From the IMG/VR virus record IMGVR_UViG_3300027770_000032: a stretch of 64,000 nucleotides of DNA, one strand, 5' to 3'. Position numbers and translations under genes: made by a program. Numbering within the stretch: position 1 is the first letter of the stretch; every line of letters starts with the position of its first letter. Shown here in pieces: positions 48,781-58,216 of the stretch. Origin of the DNA: a virus. The notes under the pieces were generated by a model, which was not told the origin of the DNA, did no database searches, and saw only the letters and a program-made list of their open reading frames with translations.

Positions 48781-49368
48781 ATGGTACAACGTATTAAGAT
48801 TAAAAGGTTTTGGGATATTGATGAGAATGTAGGTGATGAACTGAAAACTCTTGTTCCAAGTGTAACTTTTAAAACTCGTGTTAGAGATGACTTGATTGGC
48901 GGTGACAATCCATATCGCTGGGAAGATGTCACCACGTGGGATCTGTTCGCAGGTAAACGCGTGGTTCTTTTCTCCCTTCCTGGTGCATTCACTCCAACGT
49001 GTTCGACATATCAACTTCCTGGTTTCGAAGAGAAGTTTGCTGAATTCAAGGCTCTCGGAATTAAGGACATCTATTGTGTTTCGGTCAACGATGCGTTTGT
49101 GATGAATGCATGGGCGAAAGCACAGAAGGTGAAGAAAGTCAAGGTAATTCCTGACGGTTCAGGTAAGTTCACTCGTAAGATGGGTATGCTAGTTCATAAG
49201 GATAATCTCGGTTTTGGTGAACGCTCATGGCGTTACGCATGTGTCGTTAATAACGGTAAGATCGAGAAGTGGTTCATCGAACCAGGCGCAGAAGATAATT
49301 GCCCAGTCGATCCTTATGGTGAAACTGCTCCAGAAAACATCTTAAACTGGTTAAAAGAAAATGGATAA
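48781..49368 (+). CDS. Peroxiredoxin (Prx5/redoxin family)
   Basis: FSLPGAFTPTCS, SVNDAFVM.AW, PDGSG.FT, GFG.RSWRYA. Confidence 0.93.
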   Translation: MVQRIKIKRFWDIDENVGDELKTLVPSVTFKTRVRDDLIGGDNPYRWEDVTTWDLFAGKRVVLFSLPGAFTPTCSTYQLPGFEEKFAEFKALGIKDIYCVSVNDAFVMNAWAKAQKVKKVKVIPDGSGKFTRKMGMLVHKDNLGFGERSWRYACVVNNGKIEKWFIEPGAEDNCPVDPYGETAPENILNWLKENG

Positions 49369-49534
49369 TAAGAAAGTCGTTGCTGGAGTTGCAGGAATAG
49401 CAGTCGTAGGAATCCTTTCCTATTTTGGCTATCGTCTTGTCAAGGAACTGAACGAACTTGATGTCGATTTCTTCGGAGAGAATATCGAAGACTCTTATTA
49501 TCAAAAGTATCCTCAGAAAAACAACGATACATAA
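49361..49534 (+). CDS. Small membrane-anchored protein (57 aa)
   Basis: N-terminal hydrophobic helix; overlaps the prx stop. Confidence 0.5.
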   Translation: MDNKKVVAGVAGIAVVGILSYFGYRLVKELNELDVDFFGENIEDSYYQKYPQKNNDT

Positions 49535-49550
49535 CTCATAATCTTTTTAA

Positions 49551-49629
49551 AAAAAACGCATTCGGACTTGCTCTGAGTGCGTTTTTTGGTGTACATTATT
49601 ATCAAAACAGTGTAAGGTGGAACTATAAT
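49551..49629 (+). promoter_or_regulatory. Terminator hairpin plus TGTACA-N17-TAAGGT promoter cassette (copy 2)
   Basis: Near-copy of the 45560 cassette. Confidence 0.7.
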
Positions 49630-49646
49630 AAAGAAGGAAGAAAAAA

Positions 49647-49991
49647 ATGATTAAGGTTTATCAGATTCAGCTTACCGATGCAGAGATCAACATGATCAAT
49701 ACCGGCGAAACAAGCGCACGTATCAAGGCTTACTTCGATCGTAGCTTCGAAGGTAAATTTAAAGCTGAAAACTTCCAGTACTACACGCATGTCGCTAACG
49801 TTGATACCAACGACATGGAAAATGCCTTTGAAGCAATGAATCTCTGGGAAGAAAGCATATACTTCGAGGATATTTTTAAGCTCGGCCCTTGCTCTTCGAT
49901 GTCAGTTGGTGATATTCTTGACGTTGACGGTAAACTTTATCGCTGCGCTTCGGCAGGCTTCACACTTCTTGAAAATTATCAAAAGGATTAA
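49647..49991 (+). CDS. Hypothetical early protein (YodL-like)
   Basis: VYQI...SMSVGDI....Y.C...GF pattern. Confidence 0.55.
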   Translation: MIKVYQIQLTDAEINMINTGETSARIKAYFDRSFEGKFKAENFQYYTHVANVDTNDMENAFEAMNLWEESIYFEDIFKLGPCSSMSVGDILDVDGKLYRCASAGFTLLENYQKD

Positions 49992-49993
49992 TT

Positions 49994-50275
49994 ATGCTTA
50001 AACTCTCAAAAGATTTAAGTCGGTTTCCAAGTCAGCGAGCTGCTCTGGCTCGTCGGAAATCAGAACTTTTTCTCGAAATCATCAAATGGACCGGCACGTC
50101 CTGTGTTATTGTGGCTGCAGCTTGTCGAGCATTTGATTTCCATGCGGCAGATCTTCTGATCTCGATTGCTGGTGCTGGCCTTTGGGGTTATGCTGCAATC
50201 GCGATGAGAGATAAAGCATTGATTGCTGTAAACGCACTCGTTGTTGGTATTTTAATTGTAGGAGTTATTGTATGA
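49994..50275 (+). CDS. Hypothetical multi-pass membrane protein
   Basis: Three hydrophobic segments. Confidence 0.6.
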   Translation: MLKLSKDLSRFPSQRAALARRKSELFLEIIKWTGTSCVIVAAACRAFDFHAADLLISIAGAGLWGYAAIAMRDKALIAVNALVVGILIVGVIV

Positions 50276-50412
50276 AGTTTGATCCATGGACCGATCGAGT
50301 CTTTGTTCGTCGTTTGAAGAACGTTCTCGTTGCATCTCAGCGTGCAGAGAATCCTGAGTTTAAAGCGATGTGGATAAAAAAGTTTGACGAACTGTTTTTA
50401 AGGGCAGAATAA
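50272..50412 (+). CDS. Small hypothetical protein (46 aa)
   Basis: AGGAG RBS; ATGA overlap. Confidence 0.5.
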   Translation: MKFDPWTDRVFVRRLKNVLVASQRAENPEFKAMWIKKFDELFLRAE

Positions 50413-50433
50413 ACAATAGCAATCGCTAAATAG

Positions 50434-50441
50434 TATAAATA
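50434..50441 (+). promoter_or_regulatory. Late promoter TATAAATA heading the curli/cyclase operon
   Basis: Exact consensus 6 nt before the ATG at 50447. Confidence 0.65.
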
Positions 50442-50446
50442 ATCGT

Positions 50447-50734
50447 ATGGGTTACGATACTATATTCAAAATTATTGGTGACGTCGGATTCCCCATCGCA
50501 GCAGCATTGCTCGGTGGGGTTTTCGTTTATTTTGTTATCAACTATATCCTTGAGAGTGTTGTAAAAGCAATCAGGGGCATGCAGGGTATTATCATGGGGC
50601 TTGACAATCGAGTCAAGACAATGAATCATGATATCATCCGTGTTGATGCTATAGTCAGTTCAGCTCTCGGTCTTCAGCCAGACCTTGACAGAATTGCCCG
50701 AGCAGACGGAAAGAACGATGCTCGGAAAGACTAA
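50447..50734 (+). CDS. Single-TM coiled-coil membrane protein (YvrJ/holin-like)
   Basis: IIGDVGFPIAAA TM segment followed by a coiled coil. Confidence 0.6.
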   Translation: MGYDTIFKIIGDVGFPIAAALLGGVFVYFVINYILESVVKAIRGMQGIIMGLDNRVKTMNHDIIRVDAIVSSALGLQPDLDRIARADGKNDARKD

Positions 50735-50985
50735 TGGATCCAGAACTGCTCGCAGAGCTTATAAAACAATACGGTTTTCCAATTGTCGCGTCTGTGGGAA
50801 TGGGATATTTTGTTTGGTTCATTTATAAGTTTGTCACAGATAAATTAATGCCATTGATTGGCGAAACTAACGGTATTTTAATTGCACTAATCGATCGTGT
50901 CCGTATGTTGGACAACGATCTCATTAGACTTCAACAGAAGGTGAGCGTTGTTTTACAGATAAAGGATCCTCATAATGACAATTAA
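50734..50985 (+). CDS. Paralogous single-TM membrane protein (YvrJ/holin-like)
   Basis: IKQYGFPIVAS TM; DRVRMLDNDLIR parallels DNRVKTMNHDIIR. Confidence 0.6.
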   Translation: MDPELLAELIKQYGFPIVASVGMGYFVWFIYKFVTDKLMPLIGETNGILIALIDRVRMLDNDLIRLQQKVSVVLQIKDPHNDN

Positions 50986-51056
50986 TTTAAAAATTGAGAT
51001 CCTTAAAGTATTCTGTCTTGAATTTGGATTTTCTTCTGAAAAGAAAGAGGAAAAAG

Positions 51057-51497
51057 ATGTTCAAGAAAATATTGATTTGCTCGATATTCTTCAGCAGCCC
51101 AGCGGCAGCTGATCCGCTCGTACAACAGTTTAAAAGTCCATCCTTTAATGGATATGGATGGTCGTCACATGTGCAATCAATCGATGCACAAGAACGTTCT
51201 CGTGAACAAGCAATCAAAGATGCTGAAGCCTCAAAGATTGCTCTTGCAAGAGCTGAAGCTTCGAATACGCCGCTTGCAAAGTTCATGGCACTATTCACCT
51301 CTCAGGTATATGCTCAGCTAGCCACACAGTTGTCAAACAATCTGTTTGCAGAAGGTTCGGCGCAACAAGGCATGTTTAATCTTGATGGTAACACGATTAG
51401 CTATGTAAAAACTGGTACATCAGTGACATTGACTGTCGTTGACAAATTTGGTAATACGACAGTCGTGACTGTTCCTATCGCAACGTTTGCATTTTAA
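51057..51497 (+). CDS. csgF: Curli assembly protein CsgF
   Basis: Signal peptide, then LVQQFKSPSFNG (compare CsgF F.NP.FGG); adjacent to csgG. Confidence 0.8.
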   Translation: MFKKILICSIFFSSPAAADPLVQQFKSPSFNGYGWSSHVQSIDAQERSREQAIKDAEASKIALARAEASNTPLAKFMALFTSQVYAQLATQLSNNLFAEGSAQQGMFNLDGNTISYVKTGTSVTLTVVDKFGNTTVVTVPIATFAF

Positions 51498-51506
51498 GGA
51501 GAAGTC

Positions 51507-52331
51507 ATGAAAAAGCTTTTATTACTTCCATTACTTCTTATCACAACGGCTTGTGCTGGAGGAGTGCATCCTCATCTCAATCAATCATATCTCGCAAGAG
51601 AAGATGCTGAAGTAGAAAGATTTGCAAATCCTAAGTTGTTTAGAACTCTACCAGAACTTGATGGTCAGGTAATTCCGATTGCCATCTACTCGTTCACTGA
51701 TAGAACAGGACAACGCAAACCTTCTGCTACTCAAGCCAGCTTCTCGACAGCCGTCACTCAAGGTGCAGATGCTTATGTTATTAAAACATTGGCAGATACT
51801 GGTGGAGGAAAATGGTTTCGACCAGTCGAGCGCGTAGGCATTGATTCGCTTATTAAAGAACGTCAACTCGTAAGACAGATGAGAGAGCAACAACTCGGAG
51901 AAGGTGCTGAACCACTTCCTCCTTTGATGGTTGCAGGTATCATCCTTGAAGGCGGTATTATTGACTATAGTTCAAATACCAAAACTGGTGGTAACGGTGC
52001 AAGATTCCTCGGAATCGGTCCTTATCAACAATATTCAGAAGATCAAGTTACTATTAGTATGCGACTCGTTTCGGTTCAGACAGGTGAAGTTTTAACTTCT
52101 GTCACCGTTGAGAAGAATCTACTCTCTACTTCCGAGGGAGTGACAGCATTTAAGTTTTTTGATGTGGGAACAAAAGCTTTTGAATTTGATGGACAACAAA
52201 CATCAAATGAAGCTGGTAGTTATGCAATCCGTTCAGCCATAGAAACGGCAGTTGTGGAATTAATCAAGGATGGTGAACGCAAAGGACTATGGAGATTTAA
52301 GCAAAAGGAATCAACAAATGAAGGTAATTAA
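51507..52331 (+). CDS. csgG: Curli secretion channel lipoprotein CsgG
   Basis: Lipobox TAC; Y.F.D.TGQRKP, FSTAVTQGA, WF.PVER.G...L.KERQ..R, EGGII.Y. Confidence 0.93.
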   Translation: MKKLLLLPLLLITTACAGGVHPHLNQSYLAREDAEVERFANPKLFRTLPELDGQVIPIAIYSFTDRTGQRKPSATQASFSTAVTQGADAYVIKTLADTGGGKWFRPVERVGIDSLIKERQLVRQMREQQLGEGAEPLPPLMVAGIILEGGIIDYSSNTKTGGNGARFLGIGPYQQYSEDQVTISMRLVSVQTGEVLTSVTVEKNLLSTSEGVTAFKFFDVGTKAFEFDGQQTSNEAGSYAIRSAIETAVVELIKDGERKGLWRFKQKESTNEGN

Positions 52332-53091
52332 GTCTTTATTAGTTGGTGCTGCTCTTCTTTATGGAACATCAGTGACTGCACAAACCGTGCTACCGACAGC
52401 CCCAACTCCACCAGCAATTGTAACTACATCACCAAATGAGGTGACTGCAGCTGCAGTGGCTACAACAAACAAAGTATATATCGATCAAGAAGGTGGCAAT
52501 GTAGATGTTAACGTTGTTCAAACTGGTACTGCTAATATCATTGGCGACAATGATGATCCTATCTATTTACGAGGTGATAATCAAAGTGTCATCGCTGTTC
52601 AAACCGGTAACGGAAACCAACTCTACATGGGCGTGGTCTCCGCTACAGGAGCAACAGGAATCACAGCAGTAACAGTTCGTCAAATCGGTAATCTCAACAC
52701 CGCAGACATCCGTTGCGGCACGCTTCAATCTGACGCTATCTGTAACAAGTTTGATCTGAATGCCAGATTTACAGGCGATTCAAACTCGCTCGTATTTCAT
52801 GGTTCAGGCGAAAACATTCGTAACTCGATGGATGTAACTGGTGATAATAATGCATTCAACATTGATGCACTCTCACCTAATGCAACTCAGACTCTTCTTG
52901 TCACAGGTGACTATAATGACTTCGACGTGACACAAACAGGTCTTGGCGGCACATTCGGTCATTCACTTTATGTGAACCTCACAGGTACACTTAACACCAT
53001 TACAACCCAACAGTACGGAGCTTCAGAAACCGTAATCAATATTAACTCGGCGGGTTCAAATGGTACGTTTAATATCAAGACTGGCCATTAA
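52318..53091 (+). CDS. Secreted curlin-repeat (CsgA/CsgB-like) protein
   Basis: Signal peptide; repeated xQxGxxN / TGDxN beta-arch units. Confidence 0.7.
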   Translation: MKVIKSLLVGAALLYGTSVTAQTVLPTAPTPPAIVTTSPNEVTAAAVATTNKVYIDQEGGNVDVNVVQTGTANIIGDNDDPIYLRGDNQSVIAVQTGNGNQLYMGVVSATGATGITAVTVRQIGNLNTADIRCGTLQSDAICNKFDLNARFTGDSNSLVFHGSGENIRNSMDVTGDNNAFNIDALSPNATQTLLVTGDYNDFDVTQTGLGGTFGHSLYVNLTGTLNTITTQQYGASETVININSAGSNGTFNIKTGH

Positions 53092-54196
53092 TCTATTACT
53101 TCTGATATCGGTTCCCGCCTTTGCAGGTGTGGGATCGATATCAGAGTTTCAGGGCGGAGGTTCCGTTAAGCGTGGTGCAAAGGTTGCACCTGCTGCTAAA
53201 GGCTCGAGTATCGAGAAGAACGATACCGTATCGACTAACTCTCAAGGTAGATTTAAGATTCGATTCGTTGATGCCACGATGGTAAACATCACACAAAATT
53301 CAAGGTTAATAATTGATGATTTCGTTTATGATGGAAATAATAAGAGTAAAGGCAAACTCGGTCTTAAACTGGCTTTGGGGACTGCAAGATATACTTCTGG
53401 CGGGATTGCTCATGGGAACTCTCGAGGTGTTGGAATACGTACTCCGACTGCGACGATTGCAGTCAGAGGCACAGACTTTGTTATGTCTGTTGATGAGGCA
53501 GGCAGATCGACTGTTGTTCTTGTTCCTGAATGTTACAACGATAAAGATATCACAAAGATCAACTTCGAATGCCCTTCAGGAGCTATCGATGTCATCACTG
53601 CTGCAGGCATCGTCACTCTGACTCAGCCATTCCAAGCAACGATGGTCGAGAATTCTTATGCGCCTCCTGCGCCTCCTGTCGTCATTAATCCTTCAATGAA
53701 GGGTATGGACAACAATATTCAGATCTCTCCTCTCGAAACGGATGACGGTCAATCACTGATCACTGCTGCTCGCGAAGCACTCAAGAAGTTTGTCAATCCT
53801 GCAAAAGCCGCTTCTGATGACAACCAAGATCCAAATACTGGCGGAGATGGCGTAGAAGAAGTTGCGGTGGCTACTCTTCGTTTGCCTACTCAAGACGAAC
53901 TTCAAAACATTTATGCAGAGTATAACTCTGGAGCAAGACCGACAGAAACTATCTATACGAATGTATCTCCTATATTTAAAAAACAAATGCAAGTCGGATG
54001 GGTGTACTCGAGAATCTCAGAAGATAAGAATCAAGTTGTCATAGTGTGGTTACCAAAAGATACTGAAATTCAAATGGTTTCATCTCATAATGGGATTGTC
54101 GACGCTTACAATTTTATGGATGATAAATGGACTACGACTGGTACAGGTAGACCACAAGGAAATATCACCGTGATACAAGAGTCGGGTGCAAGATGA
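53060..54196 (+). CDS. Secreted FecR-domain protein
   Basis: Signal peptide; I.F.D.T....NSRL.ID.FVY, IRTPTATIAVRGTDF. Confidence 0.8.
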   Translation: MVRLISRLAINLLLLISVPAFAGVGSISEFQGGGSVKRGAKVAPAAKGSSIEKNDTVSTNSQGRFKIRFVDATMVNITQNSRLIIDDFVYDGNNKSKGKLGLKLALGTARYTSGGIAHGNSRGVGIRTPTATIAVRGTDFVMSVDEAGRSTVVLVPECYNDKDITKINFECPSGAIDVITAAGIVTLTQPFQATMVENSYAPPAPPVVINPSMKGMDNNIQISPLETDDGQSLITAAREALKKFVNPAKAASDDNQDPNTGGDGVEEVAVATLRLPTQDELQNIYAEYNSGARPTETIYTNVSPIFKKQMQVGWVYSRISEDKNQVVIVWLPKDTEIQMVSSHNGIVDAYNFMDDKWTTTGTGRPQGNITVIQESGAR

Positions 54197-55653
54197 TGAG
54201 ATGGATCTTAACACTACTACTGTTAATGTTCAGCGTGCAGTTAAATGCACAGACACCATCAAACTATGGTTTTGAAGCTGGAACTTATGCTGGTTGGACA
54301 GCTAGTAACGGATCTACTACACTTCGTACGTCATGGAGCGATAGTGGCAACGGTGTACAAGTTACGACTGGAATGCAGAACTATTGCCCAGGCGGTGGTA
54401 AGTGTTGGACGATTACTCCATATGGATCGTACATGCTCTCGGTTCAAGCAGGAGGAAATTCTCCTCAATTTAATGCTGCAATGACTACTCTTGGACTGAG
54501 CGCTTCAAATATCACTTCTATTCGTAATACGATCTATTCGAATGGATCGATGAATCCTACGAACGCTTCTTCTGTCAGTCGAACAATATTCTTACAAGCA
54601 GGAATTACATATTCGTTTGGGTGGCAATATCTGTCGACAGACTATGTTCCGTATAACGACGGTTCTCTCATCACCTTGACAGGTGGACCAGGAACACCAA
54701 CACTCAACGGTCAAACACAGAACTTTGCGTTGTTAGGCTTTACGAATCCTGGAACGGGCAACTACTCGACCAATTCATATGGTGCTACTGGATGGCAGGT
54801 TGCTGTGTTCACAGTTCCGGCAGATGGCAACTATATGCTTGGATTCTCGTCGTTCAATCTTGGCGATACAGCTCTCTCACCTATTCTATTCATCGATCAG
54901 TTACAAGGAACTACGGCGTTGAATGGTACTACGTTTGCTCCTGTTGCACCTAACCAAGGATCTTCGGCACCGACTGCTCCACCTCCGCCTCCTGCAGAAC
55001 CAACATATCCAACTACATCAATTGCGACTAATCAAACTATTAAGCTTGGTCAGACAAATGCCATTGTAAGTAACTCAATTTACATTCAAAACATCGGTGA
55101 TAATAACACCGTCAACATCGAACAGTTCTCAAAATTTAACGCCGTAAGAGGTGTGAATGGTTCTCAATCGATGTTGATCAACGGTAGCAATAACGCTATT
55201 ACTATCAATCAAGGCACTGCAGCGGCAGCTCTTGGAAACAATCTTGCAGAAGTGTCTGTCACAGGAAACGGTAATACGGTATCTCTGACACAACAATATA
55301 ATGGCAAATATACAGAGCTAGTAATGAATGGAACAGGAAATCAGCTGACTGCTCAGCAAAAAGATGTTGGTGGAAAGTCTGCGTTCTTCAACATCTTAGG
55401 TAATTCGAACGTTATCACAACTACACAATCAGGTTCTGGTAATCACTTCTTAGATATCAGTGCACCTTATGGAGGATTGAATGCAACCATCACTCAATCT
55501 GGTGCTGCGCAGAAGCTGTTTAAACTAATAATAAATAATCCTGGAATTGGAGTCACTGTATCGCAAACTGCTGCGAGCGTTACTGACTCAGTCTTAATGT
55601 CAATCACATGTACGACCGGACCTTGCAATGGATACAGTTACGTTAAAAATTAA
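54193..55653 (+). CDS. Secreted protein: N-terminal beta-sandwich, Pro linker, C-terminal curlin repeats
   Basis: Signal peptide, GFE.G...GW domain, APPPPPAEP linker, QNIGDNN/TGNGN/QSGSGN repeats. Confidence 0.65.
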   Translation: MMRWILTLLLLMFSVQLNAQTPSNYGFEAGTYAGWTASNGSTTLRTSWSDSGNGVQVTTGMQNYCPGGGKCWTITPYGSYMLSVQAGGNSPQFNAAMTTLGLSASNITSIRNTIYSNGSMNPTNASSVSRTIFLQAGITYSFGWQYLSTDYVPYNDGSLITLTGGPGTPTLNGQTQNFALLGFTNPGTGNYSTNSYGATGWQVAVFTVPADGNYMLGFSSFNLGDTALSPILFIDQLQGTTALNGTTFAPVAPNQGSSAPTAPPPPPAEPTYPTTSIATNQTIKLGQTNAIVSNSIYIQNIGDNNTVNIEQFSKFNAVRGVNGSQSMLINGSNNAITINQGTAAAALGNNLAEVSVTGNGNTVSLTQQYNGKYTELVMNGTGNQLTAQQKDVGGKSAFFNILGNSNVITTTQSGSGNHFLDISAPYGGLNATITQSGAAQKLFKLIINNPGIGVTVSQTAASVTDSVLMSITCTTGPCNGYSYVKN

Positions 55654-57688
55654 AAAGATTCTATTGAGTCCATGGTTGGCACTCTTTACATTTGCATTAT
55701 TACTTGCATTTAAATTACAAGATCCATACTTAGTTGAAGCGACTCGTCTCAAATTTTATGATTACATCATGCTTGATAAAGCAAAACAATCTGAGCAGAT
55801 TGTAGTCATTAATTTAGGGGAGAAATCAATTGAAAAATATGGTCAGTGGCCTTTCCCGCGCGAAGTCCACGCTAAAATCATTGATGAGGTCTATGATAGA
55901 GGGGCTGCTCTTGTTGGCAGCACTGTACTTATGCTCGAGCCTGATCGCATGGGCACTGATAGTGTTCTTTCAGATAGCTTAAACAAATATCCAGTCGTTC
56001 TTAGTCAGACTGTAAGCGACTCTTGTTCTCGGGTAAGTACGACAATTCGGAAAACAGGCGTTGCCGTAATCGGCGATGGAGAAGCAACTGAATTTCTTCC
56101 TCAATACCCATGCGTTCTAAGTAATGTCTCAGTTCTTCAAGAAGCCGCAGCCGGTGTTGGGATAACGTCAACCCTACCTGAGACTGATGGGGTTGTGAGG
56201 CGAGTTCCTCTTCTATCTGAATCATCAGGCGAATACTATCCCGCATTTGCTCTAGAGCTGTTGCGTGTAGCGGCAGGAGACTCTTCGTATCAAGCCAAGA
56301 TAAATCAGACTGGGGTTGAAGCATTAAGAATTCCTTCTTTTGAAACAATTAAAACAGACGAATATGGAAGAGTGTTCATTAATCCGAACTATCGATTCCA
56401 GTCATACGAAATTGGCGAAGAAGTTCCTGATCTGACTGGTAAGATAGTGATTCTAGGCGTAACTGCCGCAGGAATTGCGAATCCTGTAGCGACTCCTTCA
56501 GGTGCGCAATATCCCCATCAATTGCAAGCGAGTATTCTTGAAACTCTGATAAATGGAGATTCTGTTTCGATTCCGAATTGGACACAGCTTGTAGATCTTG
56601 CTGCTCTTCTTGTTTTGGCTCTGTCATTAATCATGATCTCTCGATTAAAATACTCTATCGTTTGGATAGGTTTGATTCTAGGTGGATACCTTTATTTACC
56701 GGTGTATTTATTCGCGAGTAAAGGAATCTTGTTGGATGTCACTTTTAACGTGCTGGCCATCGCGATCATCTATATGCATATTTATACCGTAAAGTTTATT
56801 AGTGAGTTCATGCAGAAGCAACAAATCAAGAAACAGTTTGGCACATATCTAAGTCCAGATCTGGTCGCAAAGTTACAAAGACAACCAGATCTCTTGAAAC
56901 TCGGAGGAGAATCGCGCGAGCTTTCAATCATGTTCACAGACGTTCGTGGATTTACTACAATCTCTGAACACTATGGCGAAGATGTCCAAGGCCTCACATC
57001 AATCATGAATCGTTATATGACTGTCATGACAAGAGCGATTCTTGAAAACAACGGGACATTAGATAAGTATATCGGTGATGCACAGATGGCATTCTGGAAT
57101 GCGCCACTCGATAACAAACAGCATGCATTAGATGCAGTGAGAACATCCTTTCAGATGCTCAAAGATTTGGAGATATTTAATGAAGAAGTTAAAAGCGAAG
57201 GTATACCCGCTTTTGGGATGGGTCTTGGTATTAACACTGCCACTGTGGTTGTTGGCAATATGGGCAGTACTCAGCGTTTTGACTATACTTGCCTGGGTGA
57301 TGGCGTTAATCTGGCTGCTCGTTTGGAAGGTCAATCCAAGCCTTATGGGGTCAAACTTGTCGTCGGGCCACAAACTGCCGAATTGGTTAGGGATGTATAC
57401 CAAGTAGTTGAGCTTGATCTCATTGCCGTAAAAGGTAAGACAGAACCCGCCAGAATCTATACCATTTTTGATGTTACTGATGGAGCAGGAGACCTCCTAC
57501 ATAAAAAGTTCCTCGAACTCTATCGTCAAGGCAAATGGGATGCAGCTATCAATATGATAAAAGATCTGAAGCGTTGCTGGAACGAAGATCTGAATGCATA
57601 CTACGAGATGATGGAGAAACGCATTCAAGATTTGAAGATTGAAGAACCATATAAATGGGACGGAATTTATCGCGCAACCTCAAAATAA
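55628..57688 (+). CDS. CHASE2-domain membrane adenylate cyclase (class III)
   Basis: GQWPFPR, DGVVRR.P (CHASE2), TM bundle, FTDVRGFT, DKYIGDA, YTCLGDGVNLAARLE. Confidence 0.93.
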   Translation: MDTVTLKIKKILLSPWLALFTFALLLAFKLQDPYLVEATRLKFYDYIMLDKAKQSEQIVVINLGEKSIEKYGQWPFPREVHAKIIDEVYDRGAALVGSTVLMLEPDRMGTDSVLSDSLNKYPVVLSQTVSDSCSRVSTTIRKTGVAVIGDGEATEFLPQYPCVLSNVSVLQEAAAGVGITSTLPETDGVVRRVPLLSESSGEYYPAFALELLRVAAGDSSYQAKINQTGVEALRIPSFETIKTDEYGRVFINPNYRFQSYEIGEEVPDLTGKIVILGVTAAGIANPVATPSGAQYPHQLQASILETLINGDSVSIPNWTQLVDLAALLVLALSLIMISRLKYSIVWIGLILGGYLYLPVYLFASKGILLDVTFNVLAIAIIYMHIYTVKFISEFMQKQQIKKQFGTYLSPDLVAKLQRQPDLLKLGGESRELSIMFTDVRGFTTISEHYGEDVQGLTSIMNRYMTVMTRAILENNGTLDKYIGDAQMAFWNAPLDNKQHALDAVRTSFQMLKDLEIFNEEVKSEGIPAFGMGLGINTATVVVGNMGSTQRFDYTCLGDGVNLAARLEGQSKPYGVKLVVGPQTAELVRDVYQVVELDLIAVKGKTEPARIYTIFDVTDGAGDLLHKKFLELYRQGKWDAAINMIKDLKRCWNEDLNAYYEMMEKRIQDLKIEEPYKWDGIYRATSK

Positions 57689-57691
57689 ACA

Positions 57692-57731
57692 TGTACATTA
57701 ATCCATTTTCATGATAGGATGAACCTATAAT
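57692..57731 (+). promoter_or_regulatory. TGTACA-N17-TAGGAT promoter with second TATAAT
   Basis: Near-copy of the 34704 cassette. Confidence 0.7.
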
Positions 57732-57747
57732 GATGAAGGACGAAAAC

Positions 57748-58215
57748 ATGAATATCACGATTACCGGCATGATTGGCAAGCGCAAAGAGAAAGCCCTTCT
57801 GAAGGAAGCCGCAGAGTTTTTTGCCGATCAGTTGATGGATCCTCGCATGGTTCGCAACCTCACCCTCGACATCGAAGTTTACAATAACCTTGACGTTGAA
57901 GGCGAATGCGTCGATGAAGATGGTTTTCGCAATCCTCGGTGGTTCACCATCGGCCTGAAGAGCCAAGACATCAAAGACATGATCAAGACTCTTGGCCATG
58001 AAATGGTGCACGTCAAGCAACATGCCAAGAACGAACTTCAGACTGGCCATGCAGTTGCTGCACGCGGCGGTCTCAAAATCTACAGCAAGTGGATGGGTGA
58101 AGTTTGGAAAGCAAAACGTAAAGAAGATGATTACTTTGACTCTCCTTGGGAGATCGAAGCGTATGGCCGTGAAGTCGGTCTTTATGCAAAGTGGGTTCAA
58201 TATAAAGGAAATTGA
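57748..58215 (+). CDS. Zincin-type metallopeptidase-like protein
   Basis: HEMVHVKQ and PWEIEAY. Confidence 0.75.
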   Translation: MNITITGMIGKRKEKALLKEAAEFFADQLMDPRMVRNLTLDIEVYNNLDVEGECVDEDGFRNPRWFTIGLKSQDIKDMIKTLGHEMVHVKQHAKNELQTGHAVAARGGLKIYSKWMGEVWKAKRKEDDYFDSPWEIEAYGREVGLYAKWVQYKGN

Positions 58216-58216
58216 T

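Noticed and set aside
50975-51112. 45-aa ORF bridging the second TM gene and csgF
   Set aside because: It overlaps the csgF start and has no motif; it cannot be supported as a gene from sequence alone.
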